Of a stretch of DNA of 64,000 nt, positions 1-8,015 are shown one piece after another. A program made the position numbers and the translations under genes. The notes under the pieces are model-generated. The model was not told where the DNA came from and ran no database searches. It saw only the letters and a program-made list of their open reading frames with translations. Position 1 is the stretch's first letter. Each line of letters opens with the position of its first letter. The DNA is from Methanobacteriota archaeon (lineage in GTDB: Archaea > Thermoplasmatota > Thermoplasmata > SG8-5 > JAGLSY01): contig JAEHCO010000001.1 in the NCBI GenBank assembly GCA_020697715.1, forward strand, positions 384,001 through 448,000, written 5' to 3'.

Positions 1-96
1 GTAGACCAGCACATACAGTTATCCGGTTACTTTCGCCCATTTTAGAGCCCTCGAAGTTCTAATAAATGAAAATATCCCGTATTCGGGATATCCTCA

Positions 97-822
97 TCAA
101 AACACCTTGGACTCTGCCGAGACATTAATTCCATTGCTAGTTATCAAAAGCGGATGCTTCGTGGTATCATGCTTGGTGAATCTCATCTTTCTTACAGTCA
201 GCGTTCTTCTTAGCTCACCTTTGACATCTTCCAGTCCAAGAACAATGAAGGAGTCAGAAATGAACTGCTCTATTCCATATCTTGTAAGCTGTGTACCTTC
301 AATAGATTCTGTGATCATGAGGGATGTCAATTCTTTCTCCCTGAGGAATGATGCGAACTTGAATAATTCTCTTCGCAGTCTACCTGGCGAATCTTCATAG
401 TGGAGTCCGATAGCAGTAACGGAATCAATGGACAGGCGCTTTGCCCCGCTGAACTTTAGAAGATTGTCCAGCAACCTCATCAACCCCTCGAATCCTACGA
501 CGTCCAACTCTTCTTCACTACCACTTCTCCTTCTGACCTCTCCCATATCCAATAGCAGAAGTTTTCCCTCTTTCTCATATTTCTCGATGTCCATCCCATA
601 GGAGGTCATCGCTCTGATGATATTCTCTCTAGGTTCTTCGAGAGTGAGGTAGATTCCTGTTTCTCCATGGTTCACAACTCCATTGTAGATGAATTGCATG
701 GATATCAAACTCTTAGCACTACCTGCTGGGCCACTAACGAGGTTGACTGAATCCTCTGGAAACCCCCCGCTGATCAATTCATCCAATCCTGATATTCCTG
801 TTGGTACTCTACCTTTAATCAT
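97..822 (-). CDS. KaiC/RAD55-family single-domain RecA-fold ATPase
   Basis: N-term RVPTGISGLDELISGG; Walker A-like GPAGSAKS; YLTLEE; Walker B LSIDS; C-term VRKMRFTKH typical of archaeal KaiC-like proteins. Confidence 0.9.
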   Translation of the reverse strand: MIKGRVPTGISGLDELISGGFPEDSVNLVSGPAGSAKSLISMQFIYNGVVNHGETGIYLTLEEPRENIIRAMTSYGMDIEKYEKEGKLLLLDMGEVRRRSGSEEELDVVGFEGLMRLLDNLLKFSGAKRLSIDSVTAIGLHYEDSPGRLRRELFKFASFLREKELTSLMITESIEGTQLTRYGIEQFISDSFIVLGLEDVKGELRRTLTVRKMRFTKHDTTKHPLLITSNGINVSAESKVF

Positions 823-826
823 TTAT

Positions 827-1075
827 TCATACTCCTATCTTTTTTCCATTATCGCCCAATCTACTGACCTTCATGAGAACATCATTAGATTCTTCCCCAA
901 TGAAGAAGGGAAGAACGATCCTGAGCTTTTCTGTCAATATATTGATATCTCTGGGATTTATTGCACTAAGATCAATACCTGCGTCCATGCTCTGCTTCTT
1001 CAGCACGTGGATACTCATAACCCCCAGGTTGCTTTCTTCCATTATACTGAGAACATTTAGTCCTAGCTTATTCAT
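827..1075 (-). CDS. small helical hypothetical protein, paralogous to 17245..17550
   Basis: Operon-like spacing (4-bp overlap upstream, 4-bp gap to KaiC gene); shares IME..LG.M...KKQ.M..GI....I..RDI..L pattern with the 17245 ORF. Confidence 0.75.
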   Translation of the reverse strand: MNKLGLNVLSIMEESNLGVMSIHVLKKQSMDAGIDLSAINPRDINILTEKLRIVLPFFIGEESNDVLMKVSRLGDNGKKIGV

Positions 1076-1371
1076 TTATCGTCACCAAATAATCCATTAT
1101 GCTGGAGTTCATCTAGTATAAGTGAGGATCTATTTGCTTCGAAACAACATCTAACAGATGTTGTCAGCATTATTTTCGCAGTGGCTTTTCCAAAGGCGCT
1201 CACCAGAGAATTATTAAGTTCCTCAATGGATTCAATTGGCTTATCCTTATCAAAGCCATCCTCTCCCATTTTGACTATATTCCTGGCCATCTGAAACCCT
1301 ATGGCCTTTCCCAAGGTACGATAGAGTTCTCGATAAATCATTTCTGCTGATTCGGGATCTAAATTATTCAA
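1072..1371 (-). CDS. small helical hypothetical protein in KaiC operon
   Basis: TTG start, ATGA-type overlap with next gene, amphipathic helices with LGKAIG/LVSAFG motifs. Confidence 0.7.
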   Translation of the reverse strand: MNNLDPESAEMIYRELYRTLGKAIGFQMARNIVKMGEDGFDKDKPIESIEELNNSLVSAFGKATAKIMLTTSVRCCFEANRSSLILDELQHNGLFGDDK

Positions 1372-1593
1372 GACACGTCCCCACTATTCTTTAAATCCTT
1401 AACTCATAACCTATATAAATGAATTTCGGATGCAGATGAGGCCAGATATCCCATAATTAAATTCAGGATGTCAAAGTTCGAATTCCAAAGGCATAATGCC
1501 CATCAGTCTCGAACAAGGAAAAATACCAATCAAAAAGTATTTCAACCCCATGCTATTTCTCATCAAGGTGGATGATGGTTATCAGCACAGTAG

Positions 1594-1707
1594 GGGCCCG
1601 TGGTCTAGACAGGTTTGATTTACGCGAAAAATGATTATCGCGTAAATCCCTGAAATGACGTCGCCTTGACATGGCGAAGATCTCCGGTTCAAATCCGGAC
1701 GGGCCCA
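1594..1707 (+). tRNA. tRNA-Val(GAC) with 39-nt D-loop intron (1616-1654)
   Basis: GGGCCCG/CGGGCCC acceptor, TCGCC-TTGACAT-GGCGA anticodon arm, TCCGG-TTCAAAT-CCGGA T-arm; intron junction CAGG/CCTG helix with TTT and AAA bulges. Confidence 0.95.
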
Positions 1708-1869
1708 TCTTTGTATTTACATTCTGTATATTATTTTTCAAAGGATGGGTAGCCCATTCCACAGGTAGCCTATTGCATAGCTAACACAGTGGGCGTACCC
1801 TTCAAGCTTCCACAGGAAGGTTGAAATCCCTACAAAATGAAAATAATTATTGGGCGGACTTGGACTGCG

Positions 1870-1904
1870 AAGCAGAACAAGGCCAAGCCCACCTTGTTCT
1901 GCTT
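1870..1904. terminator. hairpin between tRNA-Val and the converging operon
   Basis: AAGCAGAACAAGG ... CCTTGTTCTGCTT 13-bp inverted repeat followed by AT-rich tract. Confidence 0.55.
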
Positions 1905-1919
1905 AATTAATTTATTCGA

Positions 1920-2495
1920 TCACCATGTGTAGAAGTGCATCTTGACATCGCCATCTTCTCCAAATGCCAATGAGTTCCAGGTAGTTGCGTGGACCTCATC
2001 ACCAAGTTCTTTCTTGAAATCCTCAAAGCTCGGCGTCATATCAACCACTGTCTTGTTCATGGATATCCTGACATCCCCGTATTCGGCCCAGAAGGCCCAT
2101 TTGTATATCGGTTCCACGATGAGATTTGCCTGCTCCTGTATCGCTTTATTGAAAGATGTGAATTTGTCTGGATCCATGTCTTCATCTCCGATCAAACGTA
2201 ATTCTTCCATTATCAGGAACTGCACACTAAGATTGTTGTATACATGGGAAGTACTCAAATGCCAGATAGGATCAATGCTCGTGTATGAAACCTCGGGGAT
2301 ACTGGCACTCATCCATGCCAGTCTTACATTATCATTGTACTCCGCGCTTTGTTGGTCCCTTATCAGTTCCGCGCTATCTGACATCGTGACACCTATCGTC
2401 AGGAAAAGACCTGAAATAATAATCATGATAACGAAGAACAGCATCGCATCAAGCAGAGACATCATACCATGATCATTCCAGGTTTTTTTCATCAA
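1920..2495 (-). CDS. pilin-like secreted/membrane protein (class III signal peptide-like)
   Basis: Charged N-term, NDHG/MMSLLDAMLFFVIMIII hydrophobic stretch, soluble C-term. Confidence 0.65.
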   Translation of the reverse strand: MMKKTWNDHGMMSLLDAMLFFVIMIIISGLFLTIGVTMSDSAELIRDQQSAEYNDNVRLAWMSASIPEVSYTSIDPIWHLSTSHVYNNLSVQFLIMEELRLIGDEDMDPDKFTSFNKAIQEQANLIVEPIYKWAFWAEYGDVRISMNKTVVDMTPSFEDFKKELGDEVHATTWNSLAFGEDGDVKMHFYTW

Positions 2496-2498
2496 GTA

Positions 2499-3050
2499 TC
2501 ATCTCCATATTGCCACAATCATGAAGCTAGCTCTGTAATTCCCATCCTCATCCTCAACCACTATAGGGGTGGATTTCGAATATACATCCACTCCAATCGG
2601 CCGATCTTCGGTGCTGATAGGTCCAAAATTTTGTCTTTCACCATGTAGTGTTTCGATATATTCACTTCTATCTAGTATCATTATTTGATATTCAAAATTC
2701 TTGAGTTGTGGGGAAAATTGGTATTCCCAGTCATCGATGTCCATATTGTCAAATGCCTGCCCGTTCAGAACTCCTTCTTGATCCAATGTGATATTGTCCC
2801 AATTAAGTATCTCATCCGAGAAGCCATTTAGATTGTCCATCATCATTGTACTTTCATTGAACCTATTGTATGCTCCATAGACAATGATGGTATTCGTCAC
2901 GAATAAGCCCACGGCAAAGAGAATGAACAATAATTTTGGCAGATCCTCGAAATATCCAGCGACCCCGTTATTATCCAGACATAGGCGGTCTTTTCTAAGT
3001 CCGCTGCTTATTTTATCAGACTCTTTCCAGTTCATCATCCGCCGTGTCAT
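2499..3050 (-). CDS. pilin-like secreted/membrane protein (class III signal peptide-like)
   Basis: DNNG/VAGYFEDLPKLLFILFAVGLF then soluble domain ending in a beta strand (MIVAIWR). Confidence 0.65.
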   Translation of the reverse strand: MTRRMMNWKESDKISSGLRKDRLCLDNNGVAGYFEDLPKLLFILFAVGLFVTNTIIVYGAYNRFNESTMMMDNLNGFSDEILNWDNITLDQEGVLNGQAFDNMDIDDWEYQFSPQLKNFEYQIMILDRSEYIETLHGERQNFGPISTEDRPIGVDVYSKSTPIVVEDEDGNYRASFMIVAIWR

Positions 3051-3056
3051 CTGGGC

Positions 3057-4577
3057 CTACCTGCTTCCCCTATCAAATGCATTACATTCATAGCAGAACC
3101 ATCGCTTTGAATTTCCCAGGAATGACAATGGTTTTTTGCATTTGATGCATTTGTTCTGGAAGCTTCCCTTTCCCAGGTATTTTTTGCAGTTATCGCAATA
3201 CCATCTACTGTGTTTGCCCAAGAATGTGGCATGCTGTCCACATTTTTTGCAGTAAACCTCTGTCGGATCTGCTTTCTCCATTGCTTTGTCCCTTATGGAA
3301 TGTAGGTCGAGAGTTTCTTTGGAACCATGTATCTTGAATTCAACCGCAAGATCTGAGAATGCATCGATCAGGTCATCAGCGTCCTGTATATTCAGGTACT
3401 CCCCTCCTGTCTTATCCGCCACCGTCATAAGGAATTTCTCATCTATCTTATTCCCATAACCCAGAGTGTTGATGATCATGTCTTTTCGAGGAACTATTCT
3501 TTTATTTATTATCTCAAGGCATTTCTCTTCATTCTCTGGTTTACCATCCATCAGCAGCACGATCATCTTATGCTTTTTGTGATCGAGCTTCTTAGCCACT
3601 TCTATAGACTTTATTAAACCATCTTCCAGGTTGGTCAATCCATGCCAGTTTTTAACTATCTTGCCCAATACGGCCTCGCCAAGCTCCGCTGTTGGAACAT
3701 TCGAGCCAGCATTATAGACCCTACTTCCATCTGGAAATGTTACTGGAATGCCCTCGTCACTGAAATATACAAGTCCAAAATTTTTTTTCCCCCCTCCTAT
3801 TTGAGAATAATTCAATATCGCTAGAGCTGCCCCATCGATCCTGGACACCATCCCACCATCTTGAGGCTTCCCCAGGACAGCATCTATCCTGGACACCATA
3901 TCCTTATCTTGAAGTCGCCCCATAAGATCTGTTCCGTACTTATCTGTGAATTTTGACTCGATCGCTTTCACAGTTTCATGTGCCTTGTCATCCATCATCA
4001 TATCTGCGGTATCCATACTACCTGAAAGGTCGATCATCACGACACTATCATATTCCGCATCCTGTTTTTTGGACCAGGTATAGGAAAAATTCTGAATTCC
4101 ATTGAATTTCGCGGCATCATCTTTAGACAATTCTGGCTTCGTATCAATTATGGTCACTTGCAGATCAAGTTCTTTCAAGATAAAGGAAGTTCCCTTTTGG
4201 AATGCCTTGTTCTTCAATGATCTAACTAGTTCGCTCTCTTTTGTTCTCGTTCTCTGGAGAACATCACCTTTTTTCTTAGATCCGGGTACATTCTCTATTC
4301 CAAGCTCCACGGAATTTATTTGTGTCAGATCTCCTTGCCAGACACTAGTATCTATCTTTATTCCTTCCTGAAGCTCATTGGAGATCAATAGCAAAGGGCT
4401 CACTCCTATGGTACCAGATTCCATATCGCTTTGAATCCCCACGATTCCCAGGATCCTATTACCTGTAGATGTTTGTGTGAGAGATATCAGATCTCCCGCA
4501 TTAGCTCCTAAATTTGATGCATCATCTGGGTTGATCACAATATCTCCTAAATTTGATTCCACAATGCTAAGTTCCAC
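3057..4577 (-). CDS. VWA domain protein with Cdc48-N-like N-terminus and two C-terminal zinc ribbons
   Basis: MIDAS DLSGSM, TNL, LMDG; C-term CKKC..WYCDNC and CIKC..WFCYEC; GTG start with GAGGTG RBS. Confidence 0.85.
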   Translation of the reverse strand: MELSIVESNLGDIVINPDDASNLGANAGDLISLTQTSTGNRILGIVGIQSDMESGTIGVSPLLLISNELQEGIKIDTSVWQGDLTQINSVELGIENVPGSKKKGDVLQRTRTKESELVRSLKNKAFQKGTSFILKELDLQVTIIDTKPELSKDDAAKFNGIQNFSYTWSKKQDAEYDSVVMIDLSGSMDTADMMMDDKAHETVKAIESKFTDKYGTDLMGRLQDKDMVSRIDAVLGKPQDGGMVSRIDGAALAILNYSQIGGGKKNFGLVYFSDEGIPVTFPDGSRVYNAGSNVPTAELGEAVLGKIVKNWHGLTNLEDGLIKSIEVAKKLDHKKHKMIVLLMDGKPENEEKCLEIINKRIVPRKDMIINTLGYGNKIDEKFLMTVADKTGGEYLNIQDADDLIDAFSDLAVEFKIHGSKETLDLHSIRDKAMEKADPTEVYCKKCGQHATFLGKHSRWYCDNCKKYLGKGSFQNKCIKCKKPLSFLGNSKRWFCYECNAFDRGSR

Positions 4578-4761
4578 CCATTACACCTCTTGTCGTCCCA
4601 ATAGAGATGATTTTATAAATATCTTAGGGAATTGATCATATTTTCTGTAATTGATTTTTTTTTCCTTTCACTGGCCATAAAATTAACAATAGTTCTTTAT
4701 TGCGCTCATTAGTATACGGGATAGCCAGTACATTATTATAAATATTAACTCTAATGTTAAA

Positions 4762-4872
4762 AAAATAAGAGCCATTCGGGAGTTCAAATCTCCCAGTCTT
4801 GAATTAATAAAAAATAAGAGCCATTCGGGAGTTCAAATCTCCCAGTCTTGAATTAATAAAAAATAAGAGCCA
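4762..4872. repeat. 49-bp tandem repeat (2 copies plus partial) built from tRNA-Thr 3' end and inverted T-arm
   Basis: TAAGAGCCA at 4766, 4815, 4864; unit AAAATAAGAGCCATTCGGGAGTTCAAATCTCCCAGTCTTGAATTAATAA. Confidence 0.95.
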
Positions 4873-4977
4873 CTGGGGAGATTTGAACTCCCGACCTACT
4901 GATTACGAATCAGTCGCTATATAGCGCTTGAATGCATCATGAATCGGCGCATTCAAATACCGCTAAGCCACAGTGGC
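4868..4977 (-). tRNA. tRNA-Thr(CGT) with 38-nt D-loop intron (4921-4958)
   Basis: GCCACTG/CAGTGGC acceptor, ACTGA-TTCGTAA-TCAGT, GGGAG-TTCAAAT-CTCCC; intron junction AGCG/CGCT helix with GTA and ATA bulges. Confidence 0.95.
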
Positions 4978-4989
4978 ATTGTGTATCCT

Positions 4990-6234
4990 TCAAACCACAC
5001 TGAACTTCATCTTCGATCTCTTGAGAGCCTCGACAACTGGCAATGGCTTCCCAGAAAGCATGTTGATCAATGCTCCTCCGCCCGTGCTCAGGTGGTCGAC
5101 CTTTCTTTCCAGACCCAGCCTCTTAGCGACCGTGCCCGTGTGCCCACCACCAATTATACTGAAGGCATCGCAATCCGCTATTGCCTTGAATATCTCGATA
5201 GTGCCGAAAGAAAATTCCTCGATCTCGAATACACCCAGTGGCCCATTCAGTATCACATTATTGGCCTTGTTTATATGGTCTATGTAATTGACAATGGTGT
5301 CCAGACCTATATCGAATATTGGAAATTCAGAAGGTAATTGATCCACGGTGGCTCCATTCCTATTGCCATTATTATTGAGAGCGATGTCTGTCGGGATCTG
5401 GATCTGATCCGGATACTTCTCGAGAAGTTCTTTTGCCTCGGCTACATATTTCTCATAGTCGGGTATTTCCCTTTCGAGCACATCATCGCTACCAGGGCCA
5501 ACATCTATTCCCTTGGCCATTATGAAAATTGTAGCGACCAGACCTCCAGTGAGTATTTGATTCGCCGAGCCTGATTCCAGCATATTGCCCATGACCTCGA
5601 TGGAATCATCCACCTTGGCTCCTGCAAGTATGGCGAGTGTTCCCGAGCCTTTTTTCATCACTTTGCCCAGAACATCAAGCTCCCTCGCCATGAGCCTGCC
5701 AGCTATGGACGGGATAGCATCCCCAAATCCTACGAGACTCGGCTGTGCCCTGTGAGCTGCGGCAAAGGCATCGCAGACATAATAATCCGCAACAGATGAT
5801 AATCGTGATATCATGTGGGTCTTGGCCAAAACATCGGGTTTGGCCTTTTTCAGAATAAGCTCCTCGGCAAAGAATCGAGTATTCTCTAGTAAAATAATAT
5901 CACCATCTTCCATCTGCTCTATCGCCTGGAGGGCTTTGGAATCAAAAAGAGAATCCACATATTTTATCGGGCGCTTGAGGATCTTGGAAAGACGAGTGGC
6001 ATGGTTCTTCAGGTTGGTGAAGTCCTTCTTGCCAGGCTTGCTCTGGTGGGCCAGGATTATGACTTTGCTTCTAGCAAGGTCATCCAGTGTCTCGATATGA
6101 GCGCGCATCCTGGAATCATCCAGTATCTCACCATAAACTGGGTCCATTGGAGAATTGATATCCAATCTTAGTAAAACTCTTTTACCTCTTAGATTGAAAT
6201 CATCCAAGACAAAGAAGTTCCTTGAAATGGTCAT
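4990..6234 (-). CDS. pgk: phosphoglycerate kinase
   Basis: RLDINSP, AHQSKPG, LLENTRF, DAFAAAHRAQPS, GGGHT, STGGGA motifs. Confidence 0.97.
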   Translation of the reverse strand: MTISRNFFVLDDFNLRGKRVLLRLDINSPMDPVYGEILDDSRMRAHIETLDDLARSKVIILAHQSKPGKKDFTNLKNHATRLSKILKRPIKYVDSLFDSKALQAIEQMEDGDIILLENTRFFAEELILKKAKPDVLAKTHMISRLSSVADYYVCDAFAAAHRAQPSLVGFGDAIPSIAGRLMARELDVLGKVMKKGSGTLAILAGAKVDDSIEVMGNMLESGSANQILTGGLVATIFIMAKGIDVGPGSDDVLEREIPDYEKYVAEAKELLEKYPDQIQIPTDIALNNNGNRNGATVDQLPSEFPIFDIGLDTIVNYIDHINKANNVILNGPLGVFEIEEFSFGTIEIFKAIADCDAFSIIGGGHTGTVAKRLGLERKVDHLSTGGGALINMLSGKPLPVVEALKRSKMKFSVV

Positions 6235-6341
6235 CACCCCCCACATATCACTTGATTATTTAATTATTTTCTATTAACATATTATGAATATTGAAGCATG
6301 TGATCTTATAGTGCGAAATGGACTGGGTCGTATTCTGAATA

Positions 6342-7115
6342 TCAATCTGGGCTCAGGTCCTCGCCACCGAAGAAAAGCATCTGGACATAATTGTAGAGAT
6401 CCTCCATGCCCTCCATTTCCATTGAAGATATTGGAATGAGATCTCGATGTATGGAGAAACTTTCCATCGCCCTCAGGAATTCTATAGCTGCCAGAGGTTT
6501 GGATGATTCCATATTCTCATACAATGAGCTCATCAACATATCAGGCTCCTTGGCCCATTCTACCATCTGATTAAGATCTTCTATATCGACCGTGTCCGAC
6601 TTCCCAATGATATTGAGCAATGGCACATTGAACCTGGAATGGATGGATGACGATAATAGGAATAGTGAAACCAGGCCGGTGGGGTCCTTGGCCACCATGG
6701 GATCCATAATGTACGCGAGAACACTCTGGCCGGTTTGGAATGAGTTGACAAACACTTCACTTGCTTTCCTGAAAGCGAAAAGCTCGATCTGGCCAGGTGT
6801 GTCTATGAGTACGTAATCTGATCTGAAAGTGCCGATGGTCTCGACTATCTCGTGAAAATGCACAGCCGCGAGATCCGCGCATGCGACCTGAGCGCCATTG
6901 GGCCCCAGGCCGTATTCTTCCATCACCTCGGGAACCGATACCCAATCTCGAATGTCCACATCTGGCTGATATCCGAGTTTGTCCACACCTGGATCTAGAT
7001 TCACGGTTATCGCGTTCAAACCCCTTTCCTCCGCCCAGTGCTTGTATGCCTGGGTGAGTGTGCTTTTTCCGGATCCTGCTGTTCCGATGAAGTATATTCT
7101 GGTTTCTTCTGCCAT
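6342..7115 (-). CDS. GPN-loop GTPase
   Basis: GTAGSGKS, NLDPG, LGPNGA, DTPGQIE. Confidence 0.95.
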   Translation of the reverse strand: MAEETRIYFIGTAGSGKSTLTQAYKHWAEERGLNAITVNLDPGVDKLGYQPDVDIRDWVSVPEVMEEYGLGPNGAQVACADLAAVHFHEIVETIGTFRSDYVLIDTPGQIELFAFRKASEVFVNSFQTGQSVLAYIMDPMVAKDPTGLVSLFLLSSSIHSRFNVPLLNIIGKSDTVDIEDLNQMVEWAKEPDMLMSSLYENMESSKPLAAIEFLRAMESFSIHRDLIPISSMEMEGMEDLYNYVQMLFFGGEDLSPD

Positions 7116-7181
7116 GTGATCGCCATCATCGCATTAGCCTGCCGAGTAATTAACTTTTTGCACTTAGATAATGGAGGACGA

Positions 7182-7520
7182 TCACAGGAACTTTTGGAAC
7201 TCCAGGTCCCGACCCTCAGGATCTGTGGCGAAAAAATGGTAGATATTGTATTTCTCATTCAACTGTGGCTTGGTCGTGGATATGTCCTTATGCCGGAGAT
7301 AGGCCTCATCCACCTCCTTCTCTGTTTCATAATAGAAGGTGATCATGCCATCCTTACCAGTTTTCTCACGCTGACAGAAGCCGAGCATGAGATTGTCATG
7401 CTTCAATATGACACAATCCGCTTGCTCCAGCCAGATATCCATTCCCAATTTATTGGAATAGAAATCCACGATCGTCTCAAGCTCCCTGGTACTGAAGAAT
7501 ATCAATCCTGACATTTGCAC
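7182..7520 (-). CDS. VOC/glyoxalase family protein
   Basis: VDFYSNKLG and FFATDPEGRDLEF motifs. Confidence 0.88.
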   Translation of the reverse strand: MQMSGLIFFSTRELETIVDFYSNKLGMDIWLEQADCVILKHDNLMLGFCQREKTGKDGMITFYYETEKEVDEAYLRHKDISTTKPQLNEKYNIYHFFATDPEGRDLEFQKFL

Positions 7521-7619
7521 AACCTCGAGGGATAAACATTGGGAAAGTATTTTAATGTCCTCTTATTGTGGGGATTCATAATATGGCATATCTCGGTATG
7601 CTGTGATTGAAAAAGTCCA

Positions 7620-7776
7620 TATGGGCCCGTAGCAGACAGGCCCGTAAATACCAAAACAATAATATTTGGGGCTGTAATTGACCTACGTGCCCGCAAATAA
7701 GAAAACAATACAATATGGGCCCGTAGCCGACCTACGTGCCCGCAAATAAGAAAACAATACAATATGGGCCCGTAGC
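7620..7776 (+). repeat. ~49-bp tandem repeat of the tRNA-Lys 5' end (2 exact, 1 degenerate units)
   Basis: GACCTACGTGCCCGCAAATAAGAAAACAATACAATATGGGCCCGTAGC at 7680 and 7729; ATGGGCCCGTAGC also at 7621. Confidence 0.92.
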
Positions 7777-7839
7777 TTAGCTAGGTAGAGCGCCCGGCTC
7801 TTAACCGGGTGGTCTTGGGTTCGAATCCCATCGGGCTCG
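7766..7839 (+). tRNA. tRNA-Lys(CTT), intronless
   Basis: GGGCCCG/CGGGCTC, CCCGG-CTCTTAA-CCGGG, TTGGG-TTCGAAT-CCCAT (one U-U mismatch). Confidence 0.93.
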
Positions 7840-7843
7840 TATT

Positions 7844-8001
7844 TATTTTTTATATTTGTTAAGAGCCCTAATGCCAGTGACGTGGATTCTGGTGGGATTC
7901 GAATGAAGTTCGACGAGTGATTTCAATGCATACCATTGAAATCACGAGCAAGACTGGGATGCTGGAAGTAGACCAGTCGATGATCCCATCGGGCTCGTAT
8001 T
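7844..8001 (+). mobile_element. tRNA-linked structured element, copy A, ending in a 19-bp duplication of the tRNA-Lys 3' end
   Basis: ATCCCATCGGGCTCGTATT at 7825 and 7983; core homologous to 29264-29399. Confidence 0.75.
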
Positions 8002-8015
8002 CTTTTATTCCAAGA

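Noticed and set aside
1-40. GTAGACCAG at the window start matches the right end of tRNA-linked element A
   Set aside because: Only 9 bp, not followed by GATGATCCC, and upstream context is outside the window
1553-1762. 69-aa ORF, and similar ORFs at 7016-7762, 28799-29409 and 61155-61430
   Set aside because: They overlap tRNA genes or repeats; shadow ORFs
4762-4872. Possible CRISPR or mini-array
   Set aside because: Units are identical with no unique spacers, are tRNA-derived, and no cas genes are present
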